Source: Tamlana sp. (GTDB taxonomy: Bacteria; Bacteroidota; Bacteroidia; Flavobacteriales; Flavobacteriaceae). Taken from it: DNA of 64,000 nt. The notes beneath the pieces are model-generated. The model saw only the letters and a list, made by a program, of their open reading frames with translations, did no database searches and was not told where the DNA came from. The stretch's first letter is position 1, and every line of letters begins with the position of its first letter. Below are positions 10,683 to 21,601 of this stretch, one piece after another. A program made the translations under genes and the position numbers. The stretch is from contig JBMTVT010000001.1 of assembly GCA_049451635.1 (NCBI GenBank), forward strand, positions 9,644 to 73,643. Reading direction: 5' to 3'.

Positions 10683-12029
10683 ATGAAATTTATAGAATCA
10701 ATAAAAAATGTTTGGAAAATAGAGGAACTAAGAAACAGAATCATAGTAACCTTGAGTCTGTTATTGGTTTATCGTTTTGGTGCACAAGTGGTTTTACCAG
10801 GTATTGATGCTAGTCAATTAGCGGGTTTAGCCGATAAAACTGATGGCGGTATATTAGGATTGCTTAATGCCTTTACTGGTGGTGCTTTCGCTAATGCTTC
10901 AGTTTTCGCACTAGGTATTATGCCATACATTTCTGCTTCTATTGTCGTACAATTGATGGGTATAGCGATTCCTTATTTGCAAAAATTACAAAAAGAAGGA
11001 GCAAGTGGTCAAAAGAAAATCACTCAAATTACTAGATGGTTAACCATAGCTATATGTTTGTTGCAAGCTCCTGGCTATTTGGCTAGTTTGCCAGCATTGG
11101 GTATTCCCCAAAGTGCCTTTTTATTAGGTACAGGTTTTACGTTTTACTTTTCTTCTGTAACCATATTGGTAACAGGATGTATTTTTGCAATGTGGTTGGG
11201 TGAAAAAATAACCGATAAAGGTATTGGTAATGGTATTTCACTATTAATTATGGTAGGTATTATTGCAACATTGCCACAAGCGTTTTTACAAAATGCCGCG
11301 ACAAGATTAGAAGGTAATAACGTTATGCTTATTCTTTTTGAATTAGTAATTTGGTTTGTTGTTATTTTGGCATCAATCTTATTGGTAATGGGTGTTAGAA
11401 AAATAGCAGTACAATATGCAAGAAGAACGGCATCTGGTGGATATGAAAAAAGTGCTATGGCAGGTTCTAGACAATACATTCCTTTAAAGCTAAATGCTTC
11501 AGGTGTAATGCCTATTATATTTGCACAGGCAATTATGTTTGTTCCAGGCTTAATAGGAGGGTCTTCTTTTTTAAAGGAAACAGCTGTTGGCGCTTGGATG
11601 CAAACCAATTACTCTAACCTTTTTGGATTTTGGTATAATGTTACATTTGCTTTATTAATTATAGTATTCACATACTTTTATACAGCAATTACAGTGCCTA
11701 CTAATAAAATGGCAGATGATTTAAAACGTAGTGGCGGTTTTATTCCTGGTATTCGTCCAGGTTCTGAAACCTCAGAATACTTAGATAAAATAATGTCTCA
11801 AATAACCTTGCCTGGTTCTATATTTTTAGCATTGATAGCTGTGTTCCCAGCATTTATTGTTAACCTTATGGGAGTTCAACAAGGATGGGCTTTATTTTTT
11901 GGAGGAACCTCACTATTAATTATGGTTGGAGTTGCAATTGATACTATGCAACAAATAAATTCTTATTTGTTGAATAGACACTATGATGGTTTGATGAAGA
12001 CAGGTAAAAATAGAAAAGCATTAGCTTAA
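10683..12029 (+). CDS. secY: Preprotein translocase subunit SecY
   Basis: 448 aa polytopic membrane protein in the canonical post-L15 position. Confidence 0.96.
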   Translation: MKFIESIKNVWKIEELRNRIIVTLSLLLVYRFGAQVVLPGIDASQLAGLADKTDGGILGLLNAFTGGAFANASVFALGIMPYISASIVVQLMGIAIPYLQKLQKEGASGQKKITQITRWLTIAICLLQAPGYLASLPALGIPQSAFLLGTGFTFYFSSVTILVTGCIFAMWLGEKITDKGIGNGISLLIMVGIIATLPQAFLQNAATRLEGNNVMLILFELVIWFVVILASILLVMGVRKIAVQYARRTASGGYEKSAMAGSRQYIPLKLNASGVMPIIFAQAIMFVPGLIGGSSFLKETAVGAWMQTNYSNLFGFWYNVTFALLIIVFTYFYTAITVPTNKMADDLKRSGGFIPGIRPGSETSEYLDKIMSQITLPGSIFLALIAVFPAFIVNLMGVQQGWALFFGGTSLLIMVGVAIDTMQQINSYLLNRHYDGLMKTGKNRKALA

Positions 12030-12039
12030 TTATTATACT

Positions 12040-12255
12040 ATGGCAAAGCAAGCAGCAATAGAACAAGATGGTACAATTATAGAAGCATTATCTAATGCAA
12101 TGTTTCGTGTTGAATTAGAAAATGGGCATATTGTTACAGCTCATATTTCTGGAAAAATGCGCATGCATTATATTAAATTGTTACCAGGAGATAAAGTAAA
12201 ATTAGAAATGAGTCCTTATGATTTAACTAAGGCTCGAATAACTTATAGATACTAA
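12040..12255 (+). CDS. infA: Translation initiation factor IF-1
   Basis: 71 aa, [30 protein letters not shown]... Confidence 0.96.
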   Translation: MAKQAAIEQDGTIIEALSNAMFRVELENGHIVTAHISGKMRMHYIKLLPGDKVKLEMSPYDLTKARITYRY

Positions 12256-12263
12256 TAAGACTC

Positions 12264-12380
12264 ATGAAAGTAAGAGCATCAGTTAAAAAAAGAAGCGCAG
12301 ATTGTAAAATAGTGCGTAGAAAAGGTAGACTTTACGTAATAAACAAAAAGAATCCTAGATTTAAACAAAGACAAGGGTAA
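12264..12380 (+). CDS. rpmJ: 50S ribosomal protein L36 (38 aa; not in the ORF track)
   Basis: Hand translation gives [38 protein letters not shown], between infA and rpsM. Confidence 0.9.
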   Translation: MKVRASVKKRSADCKIVRRKGRLYVINKKNPRFKQRQG

Positions 12381-12382
12381 TT

Positions 12383-12757
12383 ATGGCAAGAATTGCAGGT
12401 GTAGACATACCAAAAAACAAAAGAGGAGTTATCTCTTTAACTTATATCTATGGAATAGGTAGAAGTAGAGCAAAAGAAATTTTAGCAGCAACTAAAGTTG
12501 ACGAAAGTATTAAAGTTCAAGATTGGACAGATGATCAAATCAGTGGTATTCGTGAAGCTGTAGGAGCTTTTACCATTGAAGGTGAATTACGTTCTGAAAC
12601 CCAATTAAACATTAAGCGATTAATGGATATTGGTTGTTACAGAGGTATTCGTCATAGAGCTGGACTTCCATTAAGAGGCCAACGTACAAAAAACAACTCT
12701 AGAACTAGAAAAGGTAGAAGAAAAACAGTTGCTAACAAGAAAAAAGCAACTAAGTAA
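12383..12757 (+). CDS. rpsM: 30S ribosomal protein S13
   Basis: 124 aa, [14 protein letters not shown]... Confidence 0.97.
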   Translation: MARIAGVDIPKNKRGVISLTYIYGIGRSRAKEILAATKVDESIKVQDWTDDQISGIREAVGAFTIEGELRSETQLNIKRLMDIGCYRGIRHRAGLPLRGQRTKNNSRTRKGRRKTVANKKKATK

Positions 12758-12867
12758 TAATTAGAAATATTTAGTCTTTAGTATTTAGACGTTGGAAGGA
12801 ATCTGTTTGAAATTATTACGGTTTAGGATTCTAGCGACTATCAACTAATAACTAAGCACTAGAAAAT

Positions 12868-13251
12868 ATGGCAAAAACAAGTACAAAAAAACGTAAAGTT
12901 ATTGTTGATTCTGTAGGTGAAGCACACGTTACCGCATCTTTCAACAACATTATTATATCTCTTACCAATAAAAAAGGAGACGTTATTTCATGGTCTTCTG
13001 CAGGTAAAATGGGATTTAGAGGTTCTAAGAAAAATACACCTTATGCTGCTCAATTAGCTGCTGAAGATGCTGCAGCTGTAGCTCAAGAAGCAGGTTTGAA
13101 AAAAGTAAAGGTTTATGTTAAAGGACCAGGAAATGGTAGAGAATCAGCTATACGTTCTATACACAATGCTGGTATAGAAGTAACAGAAATTATCGATGTT
13201 ACGCCACTACCACACAATGGTTGTCGTCCTCCTAAAAGAAGACGTGTATAA
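12868..13251 (+). CDS. rpsK: 30S ribosomal protein S11
   Basis: 127 aa, ...[12 protein letters not shown]. Confidence 0.97.
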   Translation: MAKTSTKKRKVIVDSVGEAHVTASFNNIIISLTNKKGDVISWSSAGKMGFRGSKKNTPYAAQLAAEDAAAVAQEAGLKKVKVYVKGPGNGRESAIRSIHNAGIEVTEIIDVTPLPHNGCRPPKRRRV

Positions 13252-13270
13252 GCAATACATTTAAAGTAAT

Positions 13271-13300
13271 GAATATCAATTGTTTTTGCAGTTGATATTC
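13271..13300 (+). terminator. Strong hairpin just after rpsK (partial terminator or processing site?)
   Basis: About 12 bp, gaatatcaattg/cagttgatattc (one G-U pair), with a T-rich loop. The trailing gttt is only a weak U-tract. Confidence 0.4.
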
Positions 13301-13312
13301 GTTTAATATATG

Positions 13313-13320
13313 TACATTTG
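13313..13320 (+). promoter_or_regulatory. Candidate Bacteroidota -7 promoter box (TAcaTTTG) for rpsD-rpoA-rplQ
   Basis: Exact match to the TAnnTTTG consensus, about 100 nt upstream of the rpsD ATG. Confidence 0.35.
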
Positions 13321-13349
13321 CAAACTGAAAAAAATTAACAAGTATCAAC

Positions 13350-13405
13350 GAGAGATCAGCGATTATCGAAGGATAAGATTAAGACCTTAATTCATAATCA
13401 CTCTC
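13350..13405 (+). promoter_or_regulatory. Nested three-helix structure in the rpsD 5' leader (candidate S4 autoregulatory leader)
   Basis: gagag/ctctc encloses gattat/ataatc, which encloses aagg/cctt. It ends 17 nt before the rpsD ATG. Confidence 0.4.
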
Positions 13406-13422
13406 AATAAACAAATTTAAAA

Positions 13423-14028
13423 ATGGCAAGATATACTGGTCCTAAAACTAAAATAGCTCGTAAATTTGGTGAAGCTATCTTCGGAGATGATAAGTCATTC
13501 GAAAAAAGAAATTACCCTCCAGGTCAACATGGAAATAACAGAAGACGTGGAAAAAAATCTGAATACGCAATCCAATTACAGGAAAAGCAAAAAGCTAAAT
13601 ATACCTATGGTATTTTGGAGCGTCAATTCAGAAACTTATTTAAAAGCGCAAGAGCTGCACAAGGTATTACAGGGGAGGTTTTATTACAACTATGTGAGTC
13701 TAGATTAGATAACATAGTGTTTAGAATGGGTATTGCTCCTTCTAGAAGCGCTGCAAGACAATTAGTTTCGCACAGACACATTACTGTAAACGGTGAGTTG
13801 GTAAACATTCCTTCTTATCAATTAAAGGCAGGTGATGTAGTTGCAGTGAGAGAAAAATCAAAATCACTAGAAGCTATTGAAAATTCGCTTTCAATCTCAA
13901 GTCAAGTATATGAGTGGATTACTTGGAATAACGATACTAAACAAGGTACATATGTTTCTGTTCCTGAAAGAATTCAAATTCCAGAAAATATCAACGAACA
14001 ATTCATAGTCGAATTATATTCTAAATAA
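13423..14028 (+). CDS. rpsD: 30S ribosomal protein S4
   Basis: 201 aa, [17 protein letters not shown]... Confidence 0.97.
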   Translation: MARYTGPKTKIARKFGEAIFGDDKSFEKRNYPPGQHGNNRRRGKKSEYAIQLQEKQKAKYTYGILERQFRNLFKSARAAQGITGEVLLQLCESRLDNIVFRMGIAPSRSAARQLVSHRHITVNGELVNIPSYQLKAGDVVAVREKSKSLEAIENSLSISSQVYEWITWNNDTKQGTYVSVPERIQIPENINEQFIVELYSK

Positions 14029-14126
14029 TAAATTAACAACATTGGTATTTAGCCAAAGGGTTTATTTGTGCTTCTTCAAACTTATAAACCGCGCAACTAA
14101 ATAACAATTAAAACGAAGAAAAAATT

Positions 14127-15119
14127 ATGGCAGTATTTAATTTCCAAAAGCCCGATAAAGTAATTATGATTGATTCTACTGATTTCGAAGGCAAATTCGA
14201 ATTCAGACCACTAGAACCTGGTTACGGACTAACTGTGGGTAATGCGCTAAGAAGAGTTTTATTATCTTCTTTAGAAGGATTTGCAATTACATCAGTTAGA
14301 ATTGAGGGTGTAGATCATGAATTTTCAGCAATTGCTGGTGTGGTTGAAGATGTAACTGAAATCATCTTAAACTTAAAACAAATTCGTTTTAAAAGACAAA
14401 TAGAAGATATTGATAATGAATCGATTTCTATTTCTATTTCTGGTCAAGAACGTATTACTGCTGGAGATTTCCAAAAATTTATTTCAGGATTCCAAGTATT
14501 GAATACAGAATTGGTTATCTGTAATCTAGATCCTAAGGTAAACTTAAACATGGAAATCACTATTGAAAAAGGTAGAGGATATGTGCCTGCAGAAGAAAAT
14601 AAAAAAGCTGCTGCACCTATTGGTACCATCTTTACTGATTCGATTTACACGCCAATAAAAAACGTTAAGTATAGTATTGAAAACTATCGTGTTGAGCAAA
14701 AAACTGATTACGAGAAATTGGTTTTTGAAATCATTACTGATGGATCAATTACCCCACAAGATGCTTTAACAGAAGCGGCTAAAACGTTAATTCACCACTT
14801 CATGTTATTCTCAGATGAGCGTATCACATTAGAGGCTGATGAAATAGCACAAACTGAAACCTATGATGAAGAATCTCTTCACATGCGTCAATTGCTTAAA
14901 ACTAAGTTAATTGATATGGATTTATCAGTTCGTGCACTTAATTGCTTAAAAGCTGCAGAAGTAGATACTTTAGGAGACTTGGTATCATTCAATAAAAACG
15001 ACCTAATGAAATTCAGAAACTTTGGTAAAAAGTCTTTAACAGAGCTTGAAGAGCTTGTTAACGTAAAAGGTTTAAATTTCGGAATGGATTTAAGCAAATA
15101 TAAATTAGATAAAGATTAA
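14127..15119 (+). CDS. rpoA: DNA-directed RNA polymerase subunit alpha
   Basis: 330 aa, ...[14 protein letters not shown]...; C-terminal domain ...[21 protein letters not shown]. Confidence 0.97.
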   Translation: MAVFNFQKPDKVIMIDSTDFEGKFEFRPLEPGYGLTVGNALRRVLLSSLEGFAITSVRIEGVDHEFSAIAGVVEDVTEIILNLKQIRFKRQIEDIDNESISISISGQERITAGDFQKFISGFQVLNTELVICNLDPKVNLNMEITIEKGRGYVPAEENKKAAAPIGTIFTDSIYTPIKNVKYSIENYRVEQKTDYEKLVFEIITDGSITPQDALTEAAKTLIHHFMLFSDERITLEADEIAQTETYDEESLHMRQLLKTKLIDMDLSVRALNCLKAAEVDTLGDLVSFNKNDLMKFRNFGKKSLTELEELVNVKGLNFGMDLSKYKLDKD

Positions 15120-15192
15120 TAATCAACTCTTCTATAATTTGCTCCTCAAAAAAAAGAGTGTAGTAGCAAGATAGAGGTTTAAAACAAATGTC

Positions 15193-15666
15193 ATGAGACA
15201 CGGAAAAAAAACAAATCACTTAGGTAGAAAAACTGCCCACAGAAAATCAATGTTGGCTAATATGGCTTGTTCTTTAATCGAGCACAAACGCATCAATACA
15301 ACTGTTGCAAAAGCAAAAGCTCTAAAACAGTTTGTTGAGCCAATGATTACAAAGTCTAAAGAGGACACAACCCATAATAGACGTATAGTTATGTCTCGTT
15401 TAAGACAAAAAGATGCCGTTACTGAGTTGTTTAGAGAAGTTGCTACCAAAGTAGGAGACAGACCAGGGGGTTACACAAGAATTATTAAACTTGGAAATCG
15501 TTTAGGTGATAACGCTGATATGGCCATGATAGAGCTTGTAGATTATAATGAAATTTACAACGCAGATAAGAAAGCCAAAAAATCGACAAGAAGAAGTAGA
15601 AGAGGAGGTTCAAAAGCTGCAGCAGCTGCTCCTGTTGAAACTAAAGCATCAAACGAAGAGGAATAA
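15193..15666 (+). CDS. rplQ: 50S ribosomal protein L17
   Basis: 157 aa, [21 protein letters not shown]... Confidence 0.96.
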   Translation: MRHGKKTNHLGRKTAHRKSMLANMACSLIEHKRINTTVAKAKALKQFVEPMITKSKEDTTHNRRIVMSRLRQKDAVTELFREVATKVGDRPGGYTRIIKLGNRLGDNADMAMIELVDYNEIYNADKKAKKSTRRSRRGGSKAAAAAPVETKASNEEE

Positions 15667-15730
15667 ATGTTATTAGCATTTAAAATATAAAGGATAGACT
15701 GTTTTAGTTTATCCTTTTTTATTTGCATTT
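15667..15730 (+). repeat. Direct repeat copy A (includes the rplQ terminator)
   Basis: About 60 nt, near-identical to 16457-16520 at an offset of 790 bp. Confidence 0.85.
15689..15721 (+). terminator. Intrinsic terminator of the alpha operon
   Basis: aggatagact / agtttatcct stem (one G-U pair), 5-nt loop, then TTTTT. Confidence 0.8.
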
Positions 15731-15775
15731 AAATGAATTAAGTTTTAAGTTTTGTTAAATGAAAAAAATAAATAA

Positions 15776-16404
15776 ATGAAATATTTTAAAATTTTAATAC
15801 TTTGTTTAATCTCATCATTAACTTACGCTCAGTATGATGTAACAACTGTTGGTAACTCAGAAACATTGAATAATTGCGGTCTTTGGGTTATTTCAAAAGG
15901 TACAACTGAAAACATCGGGGGTCGTTTTATATGCTGGACAATTGGTTTACAAAAGGCTATTTAACAACAACAAGCGATATTGCACTTTCAATTTTTGGAG
16001 TTAATTATGATACCAAAAATGATGCTTTTGTGGTTAAAGTGACAAAAGATTCAATTTTTATGTTTGATGATTCAAAGCTAAAAGAATTAAGAATTGATGG
16101 TAAAAAGTTCAAAAAACATACAAATGTCCCAAATTTATTTCATCGGAATAATACCTATCTTGAGGTTTTGGCCAATACAAATGATATTGAAATGTTAAAA
16201 TTTTATGGAAAAAAGCTAAGGGAAGTTAAGAAAGGTCCGCTAACTCAAATTTCTACACCTGATAAGTATATAGATTTTAATAAAATATACTTTAAAAAGG
16301 GTTCAGTGATAAAAGAAATTAAATTAAATAATAAACAATTTTGTAAACTTTTTGGAGGAAACTCAAAAGAAATTAAAAAATACATTTCTGATAACAATTT
16401 ATAA
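15776..16404 (+). pseudogene. Small secreted hypothetical protein split into two overlapping frames (62-aa signal-peptide ORF plus 157-aa ORF)
   Basis: The N-terminus MKYFKILILCLISSLTYAQ is signal-peptide-like. Both frames are open across 15910-15964. One extra G in the G5 run at 15917-15921 would fuse them (…ENIGGSFYMLDNWF…). Confidence 0.5.
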
Positions 16405-16456
16405 TTAAAAAATGAGAAAAATCTTCAAAAGGTACTTAATTATTACAATACACTAT

Positions 16457-16520
16457 AATGTTAATAAGCATTTAAAATTAAAGGATAAACTATTTTAGTT
16501 TATCCTTTTTTTTATGCAAT
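16457..16520 (+). repeat. Direct repeat copy B (second copy of the terminator module)
   Basis: See 15667-15730. The stem here is perfect (aggataaact/agtttatcct). Confidence 0.85.
16479..16512 (+). terminator. Intrinsic terminator (duplicate copy)
   Basis: 10-bp perfect stem followed by a T8 run. Confidence 0.8.
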
Positions 16521-16542
16521 TTTGTAAAACTTTTCAAAAAAC

Positions 16543-17646
16543 ATGAAATATCAAAAGCGACAAAATGCCATTGTTCTTCTAGCAGATGGCACAATTTTTC
16601 ACGGTAAAGCAGTAGGTAATAAAAAAGGTACTTCGTTTGGTGAAGTATGTTTCAATACAGGAATGACTGGTTATCAGGAAATTTTCACAGATCCTTCATA
16701 CTATGGGCAATTAATGGTTGCCACCAACGCTCATATAGGTAATTATGGAACAAATGTAGATGAAGTAGAATCAGATTCTGTTAAAATAGCTGGACTGATA
16801 GTTAAAAATTTTAGTTATGAGTACTCAAGAGATGCAGCAGATGCTTCATTGGAGGAGTTTCTTGATAAAAATGATTTATTGGCTATTTCAGATGTAGATA
16901 CCAGAGCTTTGGTTAGTTATATTCGCGACCATGGTGCTATGAATGCTGTAATCTCTACTGAAGTTGATAATATTGAAGGATTAAAAAAGCAATTAGCTGA
17001 AGTTCCAAATATGGAAGGCTTAGAGCTGGCTTCAAGGGTTTCAACAAAAGAGCCTTATTATTTTGGGGATGAGAATGCAACTTATAAAGTAGCTGCATTG
17101 GATATAGGTATAAAAAAGAATATTCTAAGGAATATAGCAAAACGAGATGCCTACATAAAAGTGTTTCCTTATAATGCTAAGTTTGAAGATTTAGAAGCAT
17201 TTAAACCAAATGGATACTTCTTATCTAACGGCCCCGGAGACCCAAAACCTTTGGTGGAGGCTCAAGAAGTGGCCAAAGAAATCATTAAAAGAGATTTGCC
17301 TCTATTTGGTATATGTTTAGGACATCAAGTTATTGCACTGGCTAATGGTGTTTCTACATATAAAATGTATAATGGGCATAGGGGCATCAACCATCCTGTT
17401 AAAAATTTGAAAACAGGTAAAGGTGAAATCACCTCACAAAACCACGGATTTGCTGTAAATAAGGATGAAGCTGAGGCACATCCAGATTTAGAAGTGACTC
17501 ATGTGCACTTAAACGATGGTACGGTGGCTGGTTTAGCAATGAAAAACAAAAATTGCTTTTCGGTACAATATCACCCAGAGGCTAGCCCTGGACCGCATGA
17601 TTCATCATATCTTTTTGATCAATTTATTGAAAATATTAAAAAGTAA
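16543..17646 (+). CDS. carA: Carbamoyl-phosphate synthase small (glutamine amidotransferase) subunit
   Basis: 367 aa, ...FGICLGHQ...VQYHPEASPGPHD... Confidence 0.93.
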   Translation: MKYQKRQNAIVLLADGTIFHGKAVGNKKGTSFGEVCFNTGMTGYQEIFTDPSYYGQLMVATNAHIGNYGTNVDEVESDSVKIAGLIVKNFSYEYSRDAADASLEEFLDKNDLLAISDVDTRALVSYIRDHGAMNAVISTEVDNIEGLKKQLAEVPNMEGLELASRVSTKEPYYFGDENATYKVAALDIGIKKNILRNIAKRDAYIKVFPYNAKFEDLEAFKPNGYFLSNGPGDPKPLVEAQEVAKEIIKRDLPLFGICLGHQVIALANGVSTYKMYNGHRGINHPVKNLKTGKGEITSQNHGFAVNKDEAEAHPDLEVTHVHLNDGTVAGLAMKNKNCFSVQYHPEASPGPHDSSYLFDQFIENIKK

Positions 17647-17653
17647 AGATTTT

Positions 17654-17688
17654 AAAACCTCAAAACGTATTAGCTTTTGAGGTTTTTT
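17654..17688 (+). terminator. Intrinsic terminator after carA
   Basis: aaaacctcaaaa / ttttgaggtttt stem followed by a T-run. Confidence 0.8.
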
Positions 17689-17761
17689 ATGAACTAAAAC
17701 GTTGTAGAGGCAATTTTATAAATTTCTTCCAAAACCATTAAATAAAAAAAAGATTTAACCG

Positions 17762-17769
17762 TAAATTTG
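17762..17769 (+). promoter_or_regulatory. Candidate -7 box TAaaTTTG upstream of eno
   Basis: Consensus TAnnTTTG, 31 nt before the eno ATG. Confidence 0.3.
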
Positions 17770-17778
17770 AATTATTAA

Positions 17779-19089
<1,311 letters not shown>

Positions 19090-19109
19090 CATCATTTTAA
19101 ATCATGCCA

Positions 19110-19145
19110 AAAAGGCGATTATTCAAAATAATCGTCTTTTTATTT
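19110..19145 (+). terminator. Intrinsic terminator after eno
   Basis: aaaggcgattatt / aataatcgtcttt stem followed by a T-run. Confidence 0.75.
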
Positions 19146-19263
19146 TATATCAATTTTAATAATAAGTTAATCAATTAAATCGTTTACAATAAGCTTTAAA
19201 AATAGAGGGATATTTCGTAATTTAGTATTCCGCATAATAAAAACAAAATTCACAATAAAAAAC

Positions 19264-20553
19264 ATGGCAAACACTGCTACTATAGAAATAAACGGACAGA
19301 AACACGAATTTCCACTAATTAAGGGAACGGAGGATGAAATTGCAATAGATATTTCTAAACTTAGAGGTACGACAAGAGGTGTAATTACTATTGATCCTGG
19401 TTATAAAAATACAGGTTCTTGCGAAAGCGCCATTACTTTTTTAGATGGAGAGAAGGGTATTTTAAGATATAGAGGATATGCTATTGAAGAACTTGCAGAA
19501 AAAGCAGATTTTTTAGAAGTTGCATATCTATTGATTTTTGGAGAATTGCCTACTAAAGAGCAAAATGAAAAATTTCACAAAGATATCAAAGCGCAGTCGG
19601 TTGTTGATGAGGATATTAAGAAAATTTTAGATGCATTTCCAAAATCTGCACATCCAATGGGTGTTATATCATCATTGACAAGTGCGCTAACAGCATTCAA
19701 TCCATCTTCGGTAAACGTTGATTCTGAAGAGGATATGTATAAATCAGTTGTTAGAATTCTTGGAAAATTTCCTGTTCTAGTAGCTTGGACACTTCGTAAA
19801 AAGCAAGGTTTACCACTAGATTATGGTGATAATGAATTAGGTTATGTTGAAAACATTTTGAAAATGATGTTTAGGCAACCAAACGCTTGTTATGTACAAA
19901 GTAAAGTTTTAGTGGACGCTTTGGATAAATTATTAATTCTTCATGCGGATCACGAACAAAATTGTTCCACATCAACTGTTAGAATCGTGGGATCTTCACA
20001 TGCTGGTTTATTTGCATCTATTTCTGCTGGTATTTCTGCGCTATGGGGGCCTCTTCATGGTGGCGCAAATCAAGCGGTTTTAGAAATGCTTGAGGCTATA
20101 AAAGCTGATGGTGGTGATACCAAAAAATATATGGCTAAAGCAAAAGATAAAAACGATCCTTTCCGCTTAATGGGCTTTGGGCATAGAGTATATAAAAACT
20201 TTGACCCTCGAGCGAAAATTATAAAAAAAGCAGCTGATGAAGTTTTAGGTAATTTAGGAATTGAAGACCCTATTTTAGATATTGCCAAAGGGCTTGAAAA
20301 AGAAGCTTTAGAAGATAAATACTTTGTAGACAGAAAGTTGTATCCTAATGTCGACTTCTATTCAGGTATTATTTATAGAGGTATGGGTATTCCAACAGAT
20401 ATGTTTACCGTTATGTTTGCTTTAGGACGTTTGCCTGGTTGGATTGCACAATGGCGTGAAATGCGCTTACGTAAAGAGCCAATAGGAAGACCAAGGCAGA
20501 TTTATATTGGTGAAACCGAACGAAAGTTTGTGCCTATCAACAAAAGAAAATAA
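19264..20553 (+). CDS. gltA: Citrate synthase
   Basis: 429 aa, ...LILHADHEQNCSTSTVR...GFGHRVYKNFDPRA... Confidence 0.95.
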   Translation: MANTATIEINGQKHEFPLIKGTEDEIAIDISKLRGTTRGVITIDPGYKNTGSCESAITFLDGEKGILRYRGYAIEELAEKADFLEVAYLLIFGELPTKEQNEKFHKDIKAQSVVDEDIKKILDAFPKSAHPMGVISSLTSALTAFNPSSVNVDSEEDMYKSVVRILGKFPVLVAWTLRKKQGLPLDYGDNELGYVENILKMMFRQPNACYVQSKVLVDALDKLLILHADHEQNCSTSTVRIVGSSHAGLFASISAGISALWGPLHGGANQAVLEMLEAIKADGGDTKKYMAKAKDKNDPFRLMGFGHRVYKNFDPRAKIIKKAADEVLGNLGIEDPILDIAKGLEKEALEDKYFVDRKLYPNVDFYSGIIYRGMGIPTDMFTVMFALGRLPGWIAQWREMRLRKEPIGRPRQIYIGETERKFVPINKRK

Positions 20554-20573
20554 TCTTTCAATAAAAAAATAAA

Positions 20574-20609
20574 AGAAGCTTCGCAAGTATTAACTTATGA
20601 AGCTTTTTT
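20574..20609 (+). terminator. Intrinsic terminator after gltA
   Basis: aagcttc / gaagctt stem with a large loop, then TTTTT. Confidence 0.55.
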
Positions 20610-20620
20610 ATATTTAAGTC

Positions 20621-21535
20621 ATGTTAAAACTCAATATTAAAAACGAAACTTCAAGGCTACGTGCGGTAATTTTAGGGACGGCAAAAAGTAATGGGCCTAT
20701 ACCCAAAGTAGAAGACTGTTACGATCCCAAAAGTGTTGAGCATGTAATAGCTGGAACATATCCTAAAGAGGAAGACATGATTTTAGAATTGGAAGCTGTA
20801 GCCCAAGTGTTTAAGAAGTATAACGTTACGGTTTACAGGCCAGAGGTTATAAAAGATTGTAATCAAATATTTTCACGGGATATTGCTTTTGTAATTGAAG
20901 ATAAAATTATTCGTGCCAATATTCTACCAGGTAGGGAAGAAGAAATTGAGGCAGTAAGGTATGTTTGGAATCAAATAGACAGAAAAAATAGAATTATTTT
21001 ACCAGACGAGTGTCATGTTGAAGGCGGTGATGTTATGCCTTGGAACGATTATATTTTTGTTGGAACATATTCTGGTGAAGATTATTCAAATTATATAACG
21101 GCACGAACCAATATGGATGCGGTTATAGCTATACAAGAGCTGTTCCCTCATAAAACTGTAAAATCTTTTGAGTTAAGAAAATCTAATACCAATGCCAAGG
21201 AAAACGCTTTGCATTTAGACTGTTGTTTTAACCCTATTGGAAAAGGAAAAGCCATAATACATAAAAATGGATTTTTAATAGAAAAGGAATATGAGTGGTT
21301 GGTAAATTTTTTTGGTAAAGAAAACGTTTTTGAGATAACTAAAGATGAAATGTACGAAATGTACAGTAATGTATTTTCTATTTCAGAGGATGTTATCATA
21401 TCAGAAAAGAATTTTACAAGGCTCAATATATGGTTGCGCGAGCAAGGGTTCACAGTTGAAGAAGTGCCTTATGCCGAAATAGGCAAACAAGAAGGCTTAT
21501 TACGCTGCACCACTTTACCTTTAATAAGAGATTGA
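20621..21535 (+). CDS. Amidinotransferase / dimethylarginine dimethylaminohydrolase-like (guanidino-group modifying) enzyme
   Basis: 304 aa. The C-terminal ...GLLRCTTLPLIRD has the catalytic-Cys context typical of this superfamily. Sits next to a CtlX-like gene. Confidence 0.6.
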   Translation: MLKLNIKNETSRLRAVILGTAKSNGPIPKVEDCYDPKSVEHVIAGTYPKEEDMILELEAVAQVFKKYNVTVYRPEVIKDCNQIFSRDIAFVIEDKIIRANILPGREEEIEAVRYVWNQIDRKNRIILPDECHVEGGDVMPWNDYIFVGTYSGEDYSNYITARTNMDAVIAIQELFPHKTVKSFELRKSNTNAKENALHLDCCFNPIGKGKAIIHKNGFLIEKEYEWLVNFFGKENVFEITKDEMYEMYSNVFSISEDVIISEKNFTRLNIWLREQGFTVEEVPYAEIGKQEGLLRCTTLPLIRD

Positions 21536-21601
21536 TTTTCGAAAAACTCAACAATTATAGTTTTATTAATCCTACTTTTGAATCATAAATTTTTAGAGTA
21601 G

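Noticed and set aside
12758-12867. 110-nt rpsM-rpsK spacer as another structured r-protein leader
   Set aside because: Only short (5-bp) complementary segments were found, with no promoter box. Not convincing by eye.
13466-13708. Plus-strand 80-aa ORF overlapping rpsD in another frame
   Set aside because: It lies entirely within the S4 coding sequence and has no independent support.
93-15449. Numerous 60-150-aa minus-strand ORFs inside the ribosomal cluster (e.g. 93-293, 330-611, 6214-6567, 6510-6890, 11144-11608, 15216-15449)
   Set aside because: All lie antisense to strongly supported conserved genes and have low-complexity, atypical composition. They are shadow ORFs expected in AT-rich DNA.
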